Source of the DNA: Escherichia phage RB69
Sequence record: NC_004928.1
DNA length: 64,000 bases
Strand: one strand, 5' to 3'
Below the pieces are notes generated by a model. That model was not told the DNA's origin. It was given only the letters and a program-made list of their open reading frames with translations, and searched no databases. Positions 53,319 through 64,000 of the stretch are shown piece by piece (position 1 is the first letter of the stretch; the number at the start of each line of letters is the position of its first letter). A program made the position numbers and the translations under genes.

Positions 53319-53352
53319 GTAAAATAGAACACATAATGATAAGAGGACTACC

Positions 53353-56300
53353 ATGGTTGACATCAAACGTAAGTTCAGGGCCGAAGATGGTCTTGACGCA
53401 GGCGGTGATAAGATAGTTAACGTTGCGCTTGCTGACCGCACAGTTGGCACCGATGGCGTGAACGTTGACTTTTTGGTGCAAGAAAACACCGTACAGAATT
53501 ATGACGAGACGCGCGCGTATACAAAAGATTTTATTGTTCTTTATGATAATCGTTTTTATCAAGCTTTAAGCGATATTCCAGCTCCGGCAGGCCCTTTCTC
53601 TTTGGCTAAATGGAAGGCAACTCGTACAGATGCAGAATGGATTACAGTTCAAGGCGGAGATTTCCAATTATCAGTAGGTAACTCTATTGCGGTTGATACT
53701 TCAGCTGGCATTGATATTAATTTCACTTTGCCTCAAAATCCTTTAGATGGCGATACAGTTATTTTGTCTGATATTGGCGGTAGAGTAGGCTATGTAAAAG
53801 TTCAAATTACTGCAGAGGCTCAAAGTATTGTAAACTTTAGAGGACAACAGGTTCGTTCAGTTTTAATGACGCACCCAAAATCTAAAATAGTATTCATTTT
53901 TAGCAACCGCCTATGGCAAATGTATGTTTCTGATTATGAACGTAATGCAGTCACAGTAACTCCTGCTAAGCCATATCAGGCGCAACCTAACGATTTTATC
54001 ATTCGACGTTTTACATCAGCCGCTCCTATTAATATTACATTGCCTCGCAATGCTAATAATGGCGATATTATTAATTTAGTTGATTTAGACAAATTAAACC
54101 CGTTATATCACACAATTGTCAAAACTTACGATGATACAACTTCTATACGAGAAGCCGGTGTTCATGTAGCAGAAGGACGTAATACTGCAGAAGCGTTCTT
54201 TGTTTATGATTCTGCTAATAGCTTATGGCGTGTTTGGGAAGGTGACCAGAAATCTCGTTTACGTATAGTTCGTAATGATACTGATTTACGCCCTAATGAA
54301 GAAGTTCTTGTTTTTGGAACTAATAATGATACAATCTCGACGGTAAATCTTACTTTGCCTACAGATATTTTGTCTGGTGATACTGTTAAAATATCGTTGA
54401 ATTATATGCGTAAAGGGCAAACTGTAAAAATTAAAGCTGCTGAAGGCGATACAATTGCTAGCAGTATTTCTTTATTACAGTTCCCAAAACGTTCAGAGTA
54501 TCCACCTGATGCACAATGGGTTTCTGTTAGTGAGCTGGAATTTAATGGCGATACTTCGTATGTCCCTGTACTTGAGTTGGCTTATATAGAAGATTATTCA
54601 TCTGAAACAAAATATTGGGTAGTTCAACAAAACACTGTAACCGTCGAACGAGTCGATGCATCGAGCAATACAACTCGAGCTCGTTTAGGTGTTATTGCTC
54701 TTGCTTCTCAAGCACAAGCAAATGTTGATTTAGAAAATGCTCCTGGTAAAGAACTGGCTATTACTCCGGAAACATTAGCAAATCGTACAGCAACTGAAAC
54801 TCGTCGCGGTATTGCTCGTATTGCAACAACTGCACAAGTTAACCAGAATACCGATTTTGCATTCCAGGACGATTTGATTATTTCTCCTAAGAAATTGAAC
54901 GAACGTACAGCAACTGAAACCCGTAGAGGTGTTGCTGAAGTTGCAACTCAGGCTGAAACTAATGCTGGAACAGATGATACCACTATTATTACTCCTAAGA
55001 AATTGGATGCCCGTCAAGGTTCTGAAGTTTTATCTGGTATTGTAAAATACACATCTACGACTGGTACTACAGCTGCTACTGTTCGTGGTAATGCTGGGAC
55101 TAACGTTTATAACAAAGCCGTAGATAATTTAACTATTTCTCCAAAGGCTCTTGACCAGTATAAAGCTACCCATACTCAACAGGGCGCAGTAATTCTTGCT
55201 ATTGAAAGTGAAGTTATCGCTGGCGAATCACAAGCCGGTTGGGCTAATGCTGTAGTGACCCCTGAAACTCTGCATAAGAAAACTTCTACTGATGGACGTA
55301 TTGGTTTAATTGAAATTGCTACGCAAGCAGAAACTAACACTGGAACTGATTATACTAGAGCAGTAACGCCTAAGACGTTAAATGATAGGAAAGCTACGGA
55401 AGGATTATCCGGCATAGCCGAAATTGCTACGCAAGTTGAATTTGATACTGGAACTGACGATACTCGTATCTCGTCTCCACTGAAAATTAAAACTCATTTT
55501 GATTCTTCTGACCGTACCAGTGTTAATTCTGATTCCGGACTTATTGAAGAAGGAACCTTGTGGAACCATTATACTCTTGATATTTCTAAAGCAAATGAAA
55601 CACAACGCGGTACACTTCGCGTAGCGACCCAGGCAGAATCTAATGCAGGAACTTTAGATGATGTTCTTATTACTCCTAAAAAGCTTTTAGGGACTAAGTC
55701 CACTGAAACGTCTGAAGGCGTGATTAAGGTTGCTACTCAGGCTGAAACTGTAACAGGAACTTCTGCTAATACTGCTGTATCACCTAAGAATTTAAAATGG
55801 ATTGTTCAATCAGAACCATCATGGACTGCTACTACGGCAATTCGTGGATTCGTTAAAACTTCATCTGGTTCTATTACATTTGTCGGTGACGATACTCAAG
55901 GTAATACCCAGGATTTGAATCTTTATGAGAAAAATAGTTATGCTATTTCTCCATATGAATTAAACCGTGTACTTGCTAACTACTTACCGTTGAAAGCTAA
56001 AGCAGCTGATAGTAATTTGTTAGATGGTCTAGATTCTCTTCAGTTCATCCGTAGAGACATCGACCAGACGGTTAATGGTTCTTTAAGTCTTACTAAACAG
56101 ACCAACCTGAGTGCTCCTTTAGTATCTACAAGCACCGCTTCTTTTGGTTCCGAAGCATCTGTTACTCGTAGATTAACTCTTAATGACTCTAGCGGTTCCG
56201 AAATAGTTTTCACTAAAGGAACCCAATCTCTTAGTAATAAAGAGAATTTCGTTGTTAGAGCATGGGGTAATAGCGCTACAGCTGGTGACCGTGATACAGT

Positions 56301-57186
56301 ATTTGAAGCGGGTGACGAAACCGGATACCATTTCTATTCTCAGCGCGCTGCTGATAATAAAGTATCATTTAATATTAATGGAACACTTTATTCAACAGGT
56401 ATTGTTTCTACAAATGGATTAAATGTTACAGGTGTTTCTACCTTTACCGGGCCTATTAGTGCTACAGGCGAAATTGTTTCTAGTTCTCCTATTGCATTCA
56501 GAGCTATTAACGGTAACTATGGTGTTATGCTTTATAACGCTGGTAACAGTTCTTATATTGCATTAACTAACTCAGGTGACCAGACCGGGACGTTTAATAA
56601 CTTACGCCCGATCACGATTAACAATGCCACAGGATTAGTTCGTCTTGACAACGGTGTTCAAATCACAAGTGGTGCAACAATAACTACCGGTGGGTTAACT
56701 GTAAATAACAGGATTATTTCTAACGGCGTTAAAACTGCCACGGTTTATACCGATAAACCAACAGCTTCTACTGTAGGTTTTTGGTCTATTGACATTAACG
56801 ATTCTGCTGTATATAGCCAATTCCCTGGATACTGGACGCGTGATAACAAAGGTAACCGTGACCAAGAAATTAAATATCCTGGTACTTTGACTCAATTCGG
56901 CAATAGCTTAGATTCGCTTTATCAGGATTGGATTTGTTATCCTACAGGTGCAAATGGTGGTAGTATTCGATATACTCGTACCTGGCAGAAAAATAAAGAC
57001 GCTTGGACCTCATTTGCAATGGTATTTGATAGTGGCAACCCACCTTCACCTAGCGATGTCGGTGCTATCCCATCCGATAATGCTGTGATTGGAAACCTTA
57101 CTGTTCGAGACTTCTTACAATTAGGAAATGTGAGAATTGTTCCAGACCCGGTTAACAAAACCGTTAAATTTATATGGGTTGAATAA
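53353..57186 (+). CDS. 34: Long tail fibre proximal subunit gp34
   Basis: 1277 aa; internal fibre repeats; position as T4 gene 34. Confidence 0.9.
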   Translation: MVDIKRKFRAEDGLDAGGDKIVNVALADRTVGTDGVNVDFLVQENTVQNYDETRAYTKDFIVLYDNRFYQALSDIPAPAGPFSLAKWKATRTDAEWITVQGGDFQLSVGNSIAVDTSAGIDINFTLPQNPLDGDTVILSDIGGRVGYVKVQITAEAQSIVNFRGQQVRSVLMTHPKSKIVFIFSNRLWQMYVSDYERNAVTVTPAKPYQAQPNDFIIRRFTSAAPINITLPRNANNGDIINLVDLDKLNPLYHTIVKTYDDTTSIREAGVHVAEGRNTAEAFFVYDSANSLWRVWEGDQKSRLRIVRNDTDLRPNEEVLVFGTNNDTISTVNLTLPTDILSGDTVKISLNYMRKGQTVKIKAAEGDTIASSISLLQFPKRSEYPPDAQWVSVSELEFNGDTSYVPVLELAYIEDYSSETKYWVVQQNTVTVERVDASSNTTRARLGVIALASQAQANVDLENAPGKELAITPETLANRTATETRRGIARIATTAQVNQNTDFAFQDDLIISPKKLNERTATETRRGVAEVATQAETNAGTDDTTIITPKKLDARQGSEVLSGIVKYTSTTGTTAATVRGNAGTNVYNKAVDNLTISPKALDQYKATHTQQGAVILAIESEVIAGESQAGWANAVVTPETLHKKTSTDGRIGLIEIATQAETNTGTDYTRAVTPKTLNDRKATEGLSGIAEIATQVEFDTGTDDTRISSPLKIKTHFDSSDRTSVNSDSGLIEEGTLWNHYTLDISKANETQRGTLRVATQAESNAGTLDDVLITPKKLLGTKSTETSEGVIKVATQAETVTGTSANTAVSPKNLKWIVQSEPSWTATTAIRGFVKTSSGSITFVGDDTQGNTQDLNLYEKNSYAISPYELNRVLANYLPLKAKAADSNLLDGLDSLQFIRRDIDQTVNGSLSLTKQTNLSAPLVSTSTASFGSEASVTRRLTLNDSSGSEIVFTKGTQSLSNKENFVVRAWGNSATAGDRDTVFEAGDETGYHFYSQRAADNKVSFNINGTLYSTGIVSTNGLNVTGVSTFTGPISATGEIVSSSPIAFRAINGNYGVMLYNAGNSSYIALTNSGDQTGTFNNLRPITINNATGLVRLDNGVQITSGATITTGGLTVNNRIISNGVKTATVYTDKPTASTVGFWSIDINDSAVYSQFPGYWTRDNKGNRDQEIKYPGTLTQFGNSLDSLYQDWICYPTGANGGSIRYTRTWQKNKDAWTSFAMVFDSGNPPSPSDVGAIPSDNAVIGNLTVRDFLQLGNVRIVPDPVNKTVKFIWVE

Positions 57187-57194
57187 GAGGTTAT

Positions 57195-58319
57195 ATGGAA
57201 AAATTTATGGCAAGGTTTGGACAGGGATACGTCCAAACGCCGTTTTTATCGGAAAGCAATTCAGTTAGATTTAAGCTAAGTATAGCGGGTTCATGCCCGC
57301 TTTCAACAACTAATCCGTATATTTTGTTCCAAAACGAGCCTTTAGGGTTGCAGTCTTTTGGTATTGGACTAAATGTTAGGGTGATAAATCCGGAAAATGG
57401 AACTATAGTTGATAGTAAATTATACAATTTTGCGCCTACAAATAATGCAACTTCAGCTGCATTTATTTCGTTTGTTAATACATACGCAGATAATTTCATT
57501 TTCGCATTTATTTCTAATAACAAATTTAATTTGCCGCCAGAAATAATTGAATGGTTTAAAGCTGCTGGGAGTTCAGTTATACCGTCAATTGAAGTTGCTA
57601 GTCTTGTTGATATTTCATATTCAGCGTTTTATGTTTCAGGTAAAAATACTATTGCATTAGAACACATAAAATACAGTAATAAGAAAACAATTTCTGATTA
57701 CGCAACTCCATTAGATATTGTATATGACTCTATTGCTGATATAGGTGCTACCGGCTATCCTAGACGTACATATGAAGCTCTAGAAACGTTTTTATCTCCT
57801 GTTGGAGGAACTAACAATGAAATAAAAAGGGTGCCTACATCATCCCTTGTTACTCCTATCGCAAACTATGGATTAAAGCCTACAGATTTTCTTTATTTGA
57901 AATTTCAATTAATGGCTGATGAAGAATTATTAGAGGAAGGAACCACAAGACTTTCAATTCGTTTCTTTAAGTCTCCATCTAGCTCTCCTATATCATCTAA
58001 AGATATAAACTTTGATGGAACTGCCGGGGAGTGGAAGCTATATGAAGAATACGTTGAAATACCAGCTGAAGCTGATGGCTTTACAGTATATTGTTACCGT
58101 ACGGCCTCAGTCGGTCAAGGTGGACTAAGAAATGTTATTTTCACTGAAGTATCATGTAACGGAAGTATAGCAAAACCCGCCGAGTTTGGTATAAACGGTA
58201 TTCGTGTTAATTACATTGATGAATCATTAACCGGTAATGATATAATGGACTTGCCTACTCAGTTATCTAACGACACAGGTAAGGTATTTGGGCAGGAATT
58301 TAAAGAGTACACAGAATAA
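57195..58319 (+). CDS. 35: Long tail fibre hinge protein gp35
   Basis: 374 aa; synteny. Confidence 0.85.
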   Translation: MEKFMARFGQGYVQTPFLSESNSVRFKLSIAGSCPLSTTNPYILFQNEPLGLQSFGIGLNVRVINPENGTIVDSKLYNFAPTNNATSAAFISFVNTYADNFIFAFISNNKFNLPPEIIEWFKAAGSSVIPSIEVASLVDISYSAFYVSGKNTIALEHIKYSNKKTISDYATPLDIVYDSIADIGATGYPRRTYEALETFLSPVGGTNNEIKRVPTSSLVTPIANYGLKPTDFLYLKFQLMADEELLEEGTTRLSIRFFKSPSSSPISSKDINFDGTAGEWKLYEEYVEIPAEADGFTVYCYRTASVGQGGLRNVIFTEVSCNGSIAKPAEFGINGIRVNYIDESLTGNDIMDLPTQLSNDTGKVFGQEFKEYTE

Positions 58320-58341
58320 AGGAGACTTCGGTCTCCTTTTC
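58320..58341 (+). terminator. Rho-independent terminator after gene 35 (GGAGAC-UUCG-GUCUCC plus U-run)
   Basis: Read directly. Confidence 0.7.
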
Positions 58342-58344
58342 GCG

Positions 58345-58352
58345 TATAAATA
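58345..58352 (+). promoter_or_regulatory. Late promoter TATAAATA upstream of gene 36
   Basis: Exact motif about 27 nt upstream of the gene 36 ATG. Confidence 0.6.
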
Positions 58353-58378
58353 CTTTAATATTAATAAGGAGACACGAA

Positions 58379-59035
58379 ATGGCCGATTTAAAAGCCGGAA
58401 GTACAGTTGGTGGTTCCGTCATATGGCATCAAGGCAATTTTCCTTTAATGCCAGCTGGCGACGACATCCTATATAAAACATTTAAATTATACACTGAATA
58501 TAACAAGCCAAAAGCGGCTGATAACGATTTCGTATCTAAAGCAAATGGTGGGACATATCTCAAAAAGGTAATCTTTAACGAAGGTGTTGCAGTCAAAACA
58601 GCAGATGACCAAACGAATGGTATTTTTTCTGGTGGTGGTGACGCCGCGACATTCGACCAAACAAACATGGATATTGTTTCGTGGTATGGTATTGGGTTTA
58701 AATCATCTCAAGGTACAGGTGAAAGAACTGTTGTAATTGATACTCGCACCGGTAATATAAGTTCTAAAGGCGTTATTGAAGCATCTCAATTCAGAGCCAC
58801 AACGTTAGCACCTTTAAATAATTACGACCTTACTCGCAAAGATTATGTTGATAGTCAAATAAATACAGTTAATGCTAATGCAAACAGTCGTGTACTCCGT
58901 TCAGGAGATACGATGACCGGCGCGCTAACCGCCCCAAACTTTTTCTCACAGAATCCTGCATCTCAACCCTCGCATGTTCCACGATTTGATCAAATTGTTA
59001 TTAAGGATTCTGTTCAAGATTTCGGCTATTATTAA
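58379..59035 (+). CDS. 36: Long tail fibre distal connector gp36
   Basis: 218 aa; synteny. Confidence 0.85.
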   Translation: MADLKAGSTVGGSVIWHQGNFPLMPAGDDILYKTFKLYTEYNKPKAADNDFVSKANGGTYLKKVIFNEGVAVKTADDQTNGIFSGGGDAATFDQTNMDIVSWYGIGFKSSQGTGERTVVIDTRTGNISSKGVIEASQFRATTLAPLNNYDLTRKDYVDSQINTVNANANSRVLRSGDTMTGALTAPNFFSQNPASQPSHVPRFDQIVIKDSVQDFGYY

Positions 59036-59043
59036 GAGGACTT

Positions 59044-62000
59044 ATGGCTACTTTAAAACAAATACAATTTAAAAGAAGCAAAACTGCAGGAGCACGTCCT
59101 GCCGCTTCAGTATTAGCCGAAGGTGAATTGGCTATAAACTTAAAAGACCGTGTACTTTTTACTAAAGATGACCAAGGAAATATTATTGATCTGGGTTTTG
59201 CTAAAGGTGGTAGTATTGACGGGAATGTTATTCATACTGGCAATTATAACCAAACTGGCGATTATACTTTAAATGGCACCTTCACTCAGACAGGTAATTT
59301 TAATTTAACCGGTATTGCTCGAGTAACTCGTGATATTATTGCCGCTGGGCAGATTATGACTGAAGGCGGTGAACTTATTACAAAAAGTTCAGGTACAGCA
59401 CATGTTCGTTTTCATGATTCGGCTGATCGTGAACGTGGCATTATTTATGCACCGGCTAATGATGGATTAACTACGCAAGTAGTTAATATCCGCGTTAAAG
59501 ACTACGCCGCTGGTGATGAAAGCACCTATGCATTTTCGGGCAGTGGACTATTTACTTCACCTGAAGTGTCAGCATGGAAATCTATGTCAACTCCTCAGAT
59601 TTTGACAAATAGAGTTATTACTAATAATAAATCTACGAGCGATTATGACATTTATTCTATGGCAGACAACGTTCCATTGTCTGAAAGCACTACTGCTATT
59701 AATCATCTCCGTGTTATGCGCAATGCTGTAGGCGCTGGTGTATTCCATGAAGTTAAAGATAATGATGGAATAACTTGGTATACTGGAGATGGCTTAGACA
59801 CTTATCTTTGGTCGTTTACCTGGTCCGGTGGATTGAAAGCAGGCCATTCTATTTCTGTTGGTACTCCTGGTGGCAATAAAGGATACTCTGAATTAGGGAC
59901 TGCTTCAATTTCTCTTGGCGATAATGATACAGGCTTAAAATGGCATCAAGATGGATATTATTTCAGCGTTAATAATGGAATAAAAACGTTTTTATTTAGT
60001 CCCAACGAAACAACTAGCCTAAGAAAATTTGTAGCTGGATATTCTACCACCGGAACCGATTTAACTACTCCTCCAACTGAAAACTATGCTTTGGCCACTG
60101 TTGTTACTTACCATGATAATAACGCGTTTGGAGACGGTCAGACTCTTTTAGGATATTATCAAGGCGGTAACTATCATCATTATTTTCGCGGTAAGGGTAC
60201 TACAAACATTAATACTCACGGCGGTTTGTTAGTTACTCCAGGTAATATTGATGTTATTGGCGGTTCTGTTAATATCGATGGTAGAAATAATTCTTCTACA
60301 CTGATGTTTAGAGGTAACACGACCGGAGCTAGTTCAGTTGATAATATGACAATTTCCGTTTGGGGCAATACGTTTACTAATCCTAATGTAGGTAATCGTA
60401 AAAACGTCATGGAAATTTCTGATGCAACTAGCTGGATGAGCTATATTCAAAGACTTACTACTGGTGAAGTAGAAATGAACGTTAATGGTTCATTTGAATC
60501 ATCTGGTGTTACTGCTGGAGATAGGGGAGTTCACACAACAGGCGAAATTTCATCTGGGGCTGTGAATGCGCTTCGTATTTGGAATAATGATTATGGAGCC
60601 ATTTTTAGACGTTCAGAAGGCAGTCTTCATATTATTCCAACTGCTTATGGTGAAGGTAAACATGGTGATATCGGTCCACTTCGCCCGTTTAGTATGGCTT
60701 TAGATACCGGTAAAGTTACTATTCCAGATTTACAATCAAGTTACAATACGTTCGCTGCGAACGGCTATATTAAATTTGTTGGTCATGGCGCTGGCGCTGG
60801 TGGTTATGATATTCAATATGTTCAAGCGGCTCCTATTTTCCAGGAAATCGATGATGATGCTGTAAGTAAATATTATCCTATTGTTAAGCAGAAGTTTTTA
60901 AACGGTAAAGCAGTTTGGTCTTTAGGTACTGAAATTAATTCGGGTACATTTGTTTTACACCATATCAAAGAAGATGGATCACAAGGCCATACATCTCGTT
61001 TTAATCAAGACGGCACAGTTAATTTCCCTGATAATGTTCAGGTTGGTGGTGGTGAAGCTACTATTGCTCGCAACGGTAACATCTGGTCTGATATCTGGAA
61101 AACGTTTACTTCTGCCGGTGATGTAACTAATATCCATGACGCTATTGCTACTCGTGTTGCCAAAGAAGGTGATACGATGACAGGCCGCTTAACTCTTAAT
61201 GCAAACTCGGATGTTATTGTTATTAACAGTGCTGCAACCGAATCTGGCTATTTGAAAGGACAAAAAGCCGGCGTTGATAACTGGTATGTAGGTAATGGTG
61301 GGGCTGATAATGCCATATCGTTTTATAGTTTCCGAAATAATTCAGGCATAAATGTTAATAATGGTGGCGATATTGCTTTAAACCCAGAAGGGTCCGCCAC
61401 TTTTAATTTTAATAAGGACCGACTTTATATAAATGGTTCGGTTTGGACCTCACACCAGGCCGGCGATTGGGGAAATCAATGGCGCCAGGAAGCTCCTGTA
61501 TTTGTGGATTTTGGCTACGTCGGTAATGATAGTTATTATCCAATTATCAAAGGAAAATCTGGTATTACTAACGAAGGATATTTTTCAGGCGTTGATTTTG
61601 GTATGCGACGCATTCCTAATAACTGGGCACAAGGTATTATTCGTGTTGGTAACCAGGAAAATGCTAGCGATCCGCAAGCTATCTTCGAATTCCACCATAA
61701 TGGAAACATGTACGTTCCTGACATGGTTAAAGCTGGAGTAAGATTATCAGCTGGTGGAGGTGACCCTGCATGGACAGGCGCATGTGTTGTTATTGGTGAT
61801 AATGACACTGGGTTAGTTCATGGCGGTGACGGTCGTATTAACATGGTTGCAAATGGAGTGCATATTGCTTCGTGGTCAGCTGCTTATCAGATCCATGAAG
61901 GTCTTTGGGATTCAACTGGTGCTTTATGGACTGAAACAGGAAGAGCTATTATTTCTTATGGGCATTTAGTCCAACAAAGTGATGCCTATTCCACATATGT

Positions 62001-62355
62001 CCGCGATGTTTATGTCCGCTCTGATATTCGTGTTAAAAAGAACCTCGTTAAATTTGAAAATGCTTCTGAGAAGCTTTCTAAAATTAACGGTTACACTTAT
62101 ATGCAGAAGCGAGGCCTAGATGAAGAAGGCAATCAGAAATGGGAACCTAACGCCGGTTTAATTGCTCAAGAAGTTCAAGCTATTTTACCAGAATTAGTTG
62201 AAGGCGACCCGGATGGTGAAGCTTTACTTCGTTTGAACTATAACGGTGTAATTGGTTTAAATACAGCTGCAATCAATGAGCATACTGCAGAAATTGCAGA
62301 ACTTAAGTCAGAGATTGAAGAGCTTAAAAAATTAGTTAAATCATTGTTAAAATAA
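59044..62355 (+). CDS. 37: Long tail fibre distal subunit gp37, with a C-terminal intramolecular-chaperone (S74-like) domain
   Basis: 1103 aa; C-terminal SDIRVKKNL...coiled-coil tail typical of self-cleaving chaperone domains (T2-type). Confidence 0.88.
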   Translation: MATLKQIQFKRSKTAGARPAASVLAEGELAINLKDRVLFTKDDQGNIIDLGFAKGGSIDGNVIHTGNYNQTGDYTLNGTFTQTGNFNLTGIARVTRDIIAAGQIMTEGGELITKSSGTAHVRFHDSADRERGIIYAPANDGLTTQVVNIRVKDYAAGDESTYAFSGSGLFTSPEVSAWKSMSTPQILTNRVITNNKSTSDYDIYSMADNVPLSESTTAINHLRVMRNAVGAGVFHEVKDNDGITWYTGDGLDTYLWSFTWSGGLKAGHSISVGTPGGNKGYSELGTASISLGDNDTGLKWHQDGYYFSVNNGIKTFLFSPNETTSLRKFVAGYSTTGTDLTTPPTENYALATVVTYHDNNAFGDGQTLLGYYQGGNYHHYFRGKGTTNINTHGGLLVTPGNIDVIGGSVNIDGRNNSSTLMFRGNTTGASSVDNMTISVWGNTFTNPNVGNRKNVMEISDATSWMSYIQRLTTGEVEMNVNGSFESSGVTAGDRGVHTTGEISSGAVNALRIWNNDYGAIFRRSEGSLHIIPTAYGEGKHGDIGPLRPFSMALDTGKVTIPDLQSSYNTFAANGYIKFVGHGAGAGGYDIQYVQAAPIFQEIDDDAVSKYYPIVKQKFLNGKAVWSLGTEINSGTFVLHHIKEDGSQGHTSRFNQDGTVNFPDNVQVGGGEATIARNGNIWSDIWKTFTSAGDVTNIHDAIATRVAKEGDTMTGRLTLNANSDVIVINSAATESGYLKGQKAGVDNWYVGNGGADNAISFYSFRNNSGINVNNGGDIALNPEGSATFNFNKDRLYINGSVWTSHQAGDWGNQWRQEAPVFVDFGYVGNDSYYPIIKGKSGITNEGYFSGVDFGMRRIPNNWAQGIIRVGNQENASDPQAIFEFHHNGNMYVPDMVKAGVRLSAGGGDPAWTGACVVIGDNDTGLVHGGDGRINMVANGVHIASWSAAYQIHEGLWDSTGALWTETGRAIISYGHLVQQSDAYSTYVRDVYVRSDIRVKKNLVKFENASEKLSKINGYTYMQKRGLDEEGNQKWEPNAGLIAQEVQAILPELVEGDPDGEALLRLNYNGVIGLNTAAINEHTAEIAELKSEIEELKKLVKSLLK

Positions 62356-62360
62356 TAAGA

Positions 62361-62374
62361 GGGGCTTCGGCCCC
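62361..62374 (+). promoter_or_regulatory. UUCG hairpin (GGGGC-UUCG-GCCCC) between genes 37 and 38
   Basis: Read directly; followed by the GGAGG Shine-Dalgarno. Confidence 0.5.
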
Positions 62375-62386
62375 TTGGAGGTGTAT

Positions 62387-63160
62387 ATGGCAGTTGAAGG
62401 ACCGTGGGTAGGATGGTCTGCAAGGGTACAGACTGGAGATCCTTGGATGGGTGGTGCCGCACAGAGATTGAGAATGGGAATTCCGTTTTGGATGAGTAAT
62501 ATGATAGGTCGATCTGTTGAAGTAATTCACACGCTTGGAGCAGACCATAACTTCAATGGTCAATGGTTCCGAGATAGATGTTTTGAGGCAGGTAGTGCAC
62601 CTATAGTGTTTAATATCACCGGAAATTTGGTATCATATAGTAAAGATGTTCCATTATTCTTTATGTATGGCGATACACCAAATGAATATGTTACTTTGAA
62701 TATTCATGGTGGAGTTCATATGTGGGGACGAGGTGGTAACGGTACTGTAAACGGAAACCCAGGCACAAATGGCGGCGATGTAATCCAAAATGATATCGGC
62801 GGAAGACTTCGTATTTGGAACTATGGCGTTATTGCATCAGGCGGCGGTGGTGGTGGTGCAGTGTCATTACAGAATAGCTGGGCGCCAAATGCTACAGCAG
62901 GCGGCGGTGGTGGTAGACCATTTGGCATCGGCGGAGGCGGCGTTAATTGGCCGGGTGGTAATGCTAGTTATGACGCCCCGGGCGGTGCCGGTTACACTTC
63001 CCAATTCGGCGGAGGCAATGGCGGTGATGCTGGAGGTCGGGGCGGAGATGGATGGGGTAATCACTTATCTAGATCTGGCGGTGGTGCTCCTGGCAGAGCA
63101 GTATTCGGAAGTTCACCGTCATGGGGTGCTACAGGCACAATCTACGGCTCCTGGATTTAA
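62387..63160 (+). CDS. 38: Tail fibre adhesin gp38 (T2-type, glycine-rich motifs)
   Basis: ORF 62375..63160; start taken at MAVEGPW after the GGAGG SD; five poly-Gly motifs between variable segments. Confidence 0.85.
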   Translation: MAVEGPWVGWSARVQTGDPWMGGAAQRLRMGIPFWMSNMIGRSVEVIHTLGADHNFNGQWFRDRCFEAGSAPIVFNITGNLVSYSKDVPLFFMYGDTPNEYVTLNIHGGVHMWGRGGNGTVNGNPGTNGGDVIQNDIGGRLRIWNYGVIASGGGGGGAVSLQNSWAPNATAGGGGGRPFGIGGGGVNWPGGNASYDAPGGAGYTSQFGGGNGGDAGGRGGDGWGNHLSRSGGGAPGRAVFGSSPSWGATGTIYGSWI

Positions 63161-63178
63161 ACGATAATACCTCTCAAT

Positions 63179-63186
63179 TATAAATA
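63179..63186 (+). promoter_or_regulatory. Late promoter TATAAATA upstream of holin t
   Basis: Exact motif about 20 nt upstream of the t ATG. Confidence 0.6.
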
Positions 63187-63205
63187 TTGATAAATGGGAG
63201 GTAAT

Positions 63206-63865
63206 ATGGCAGCACCAAAAGTATCATTTTCGCCTAGTGATATTTTATTTGGGTTGCTAGACCGCATTTTCAAAGATAACGCCTCTGGAAATATTCTTAT
63301 TTCAAGAGTTGCTGTTGTAGTTCTTTTGTTCCTAATGGCACTAATATGGTACAAAGGGAATATTTTTATGGATTATTACGTGAGGTCGAAATATGATACT
63401 TACACAGAAGTAATTCAAAAAGAAAGAAATACACGATTTGAATCTGCGGCTTTAGAACAACTACAAATAGTCCACGTCACATCAAGGGCGGATTTTAGTT
63501 CGGTGTATTCTTTCAGACCTAAAAATCTAAATTATTTCGTCGACCTTATTGCGTATGAAGGTAAGTTACCTAGCACAGTAACTGAAAAATCTATGGGAGG
63601 ATTTCCTGTCGATAAAACGACAGCAGAATATTCGGTCCATTTAAGTGGACTTCACTTTACTTCTAAAACAGATTTTGCTTTCTTACCTACCAAATCAAAA
63701 ACTCCGGAACTGGCATATATGTATAGTTGTCCTTACTTCAATTTGGATAACATATATGCGGGAACTGTTTCTATGTATTGGTATAAGGGGTCGGATGTGT
63801 TAAATGAAGAACGCTTGGCTGCAATATGCAACCAAGCAGCAAGGATATTAGGGCGGGCTAAATAA
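63206..63865 (+). CDS. t: Holin T
   Basis: ORF 63194..63865; start MAAPKVSFSPSDILFG matches recalled T4 holin T; single N-terminal TM domain. Confidence 0.9.
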   Translation: MAAPKVSFSPSDILFGLLDRIFKDNASGNILISRVAVVVLLFLMALIWYKGNIFMDYYVRSKYDTYTEVIQKERNTRFESAALEQLQIVHVTSRADFSSVYSFRPKNLNYFVDLIAYEGKLPSTVTEKSMGGFPVDKTTAEYSVHLSGLHFTSKTDFAFLPTKSKTPELAYMYSCPYFNLDNIYAGTVSMYWYKGSDVLNEERLAAICNQAARILGRAK

Positions 63866-64000
63866 TTAGTTGTTAGAATACATCGTCAAATGGCGATAAA
63901 TATTTTCAAAACCTTCATTGAATTCACTAATCAGTGTTTTCTTTTCTTCGGCAGTTAAATTTGTAATTAGTTTTCTGAACGAATTCTGATTTAGCTGCCG
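63866..64000 (-). CDS. asiA: Anti-sigma70 protein AsiA, C-terminal part (5' end beyond the window)
   Basis: Minus-strand translation ...KLITNLTAEEKKTLISEFNEGFENIYRHLTMYSNN-stop resembles recalled T4 AsiA C-terminus. Confidence 0.8.
   Translation of the reverse strand, partial: RQLNQNSFRKLITNLTAEEKKTLISEFNEGFENIYRHLTMYSNN

Noticed and set aside
62820-63070. Repetitive GGCGG-rich DNA that could look like a repeat array
   Set aside because: It encodes the poly-glycine motifs of the gp38 adhesin; no regular repeat-spacer periodicity
62790-63167. 125-aa plus-strand ORF in an alternative frame of gene 38
   Set aside because: Arises from the GGN-rich glycine-codon runs of gp38; no separate start context

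Overview
This 64 kb window is a contiguous segment of a T4-like (T-even) myovirus genome, colinear with phage T4 from the 3' end of wac to the 3' end of asiA. Gene identities rest on my recollection of T4 protein sequences and gene order plus motifs read from the ORF translations; no database search was run. Plus strand carries the late structural genes: neck 13/14, 15, terminase 16/17, sheath 18, tube 19, portal 20, prohead core 67/68, protease 21, scaffold 22, capsid 23 and 24, uvsW, baseplate hub 51/27/28/29/48/54, long tail fibre 34-37, adhesin 38 and holin t. Minus strand carries rnlB, hoc, inh, uvsY, 25, 26, alt, DNA ligase 30, a 30.x cluster, rIII, 31, cd, pseT, a spanin pair, alc, rnlA, denA, nrdB, nrdA, td, frd, 32, 59, 33, dsbA, rnh and asiA. 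I see no rRNA, tRNA, CRISPR array, integrase, transposase, group I intron or homing endonuclease gene. I did not find a convincing new multi-gene system. The most unusual signal is a set of frame-disrupting indels confined to dispensable genes (alt, nrdB, cd, rnh, a small gene between 23 and 24, and a probable 30.9-like remnant). In alt and nrdB two indels compensate, so the ORF stays open while the catalytic core is read out of frame. Other observations: several sub-60-aa genes missed by the ORF track, a Hoc with four Ig-like domains, a T2-type fibre tip (gp37 C-terminal chaperone domain plus glycine-rich gp38), recurring UUCG-tetraloop hairpins, and early promoters embedded in inverted repeats that look like promoter-early stem-loop (PeSL) cassettes.
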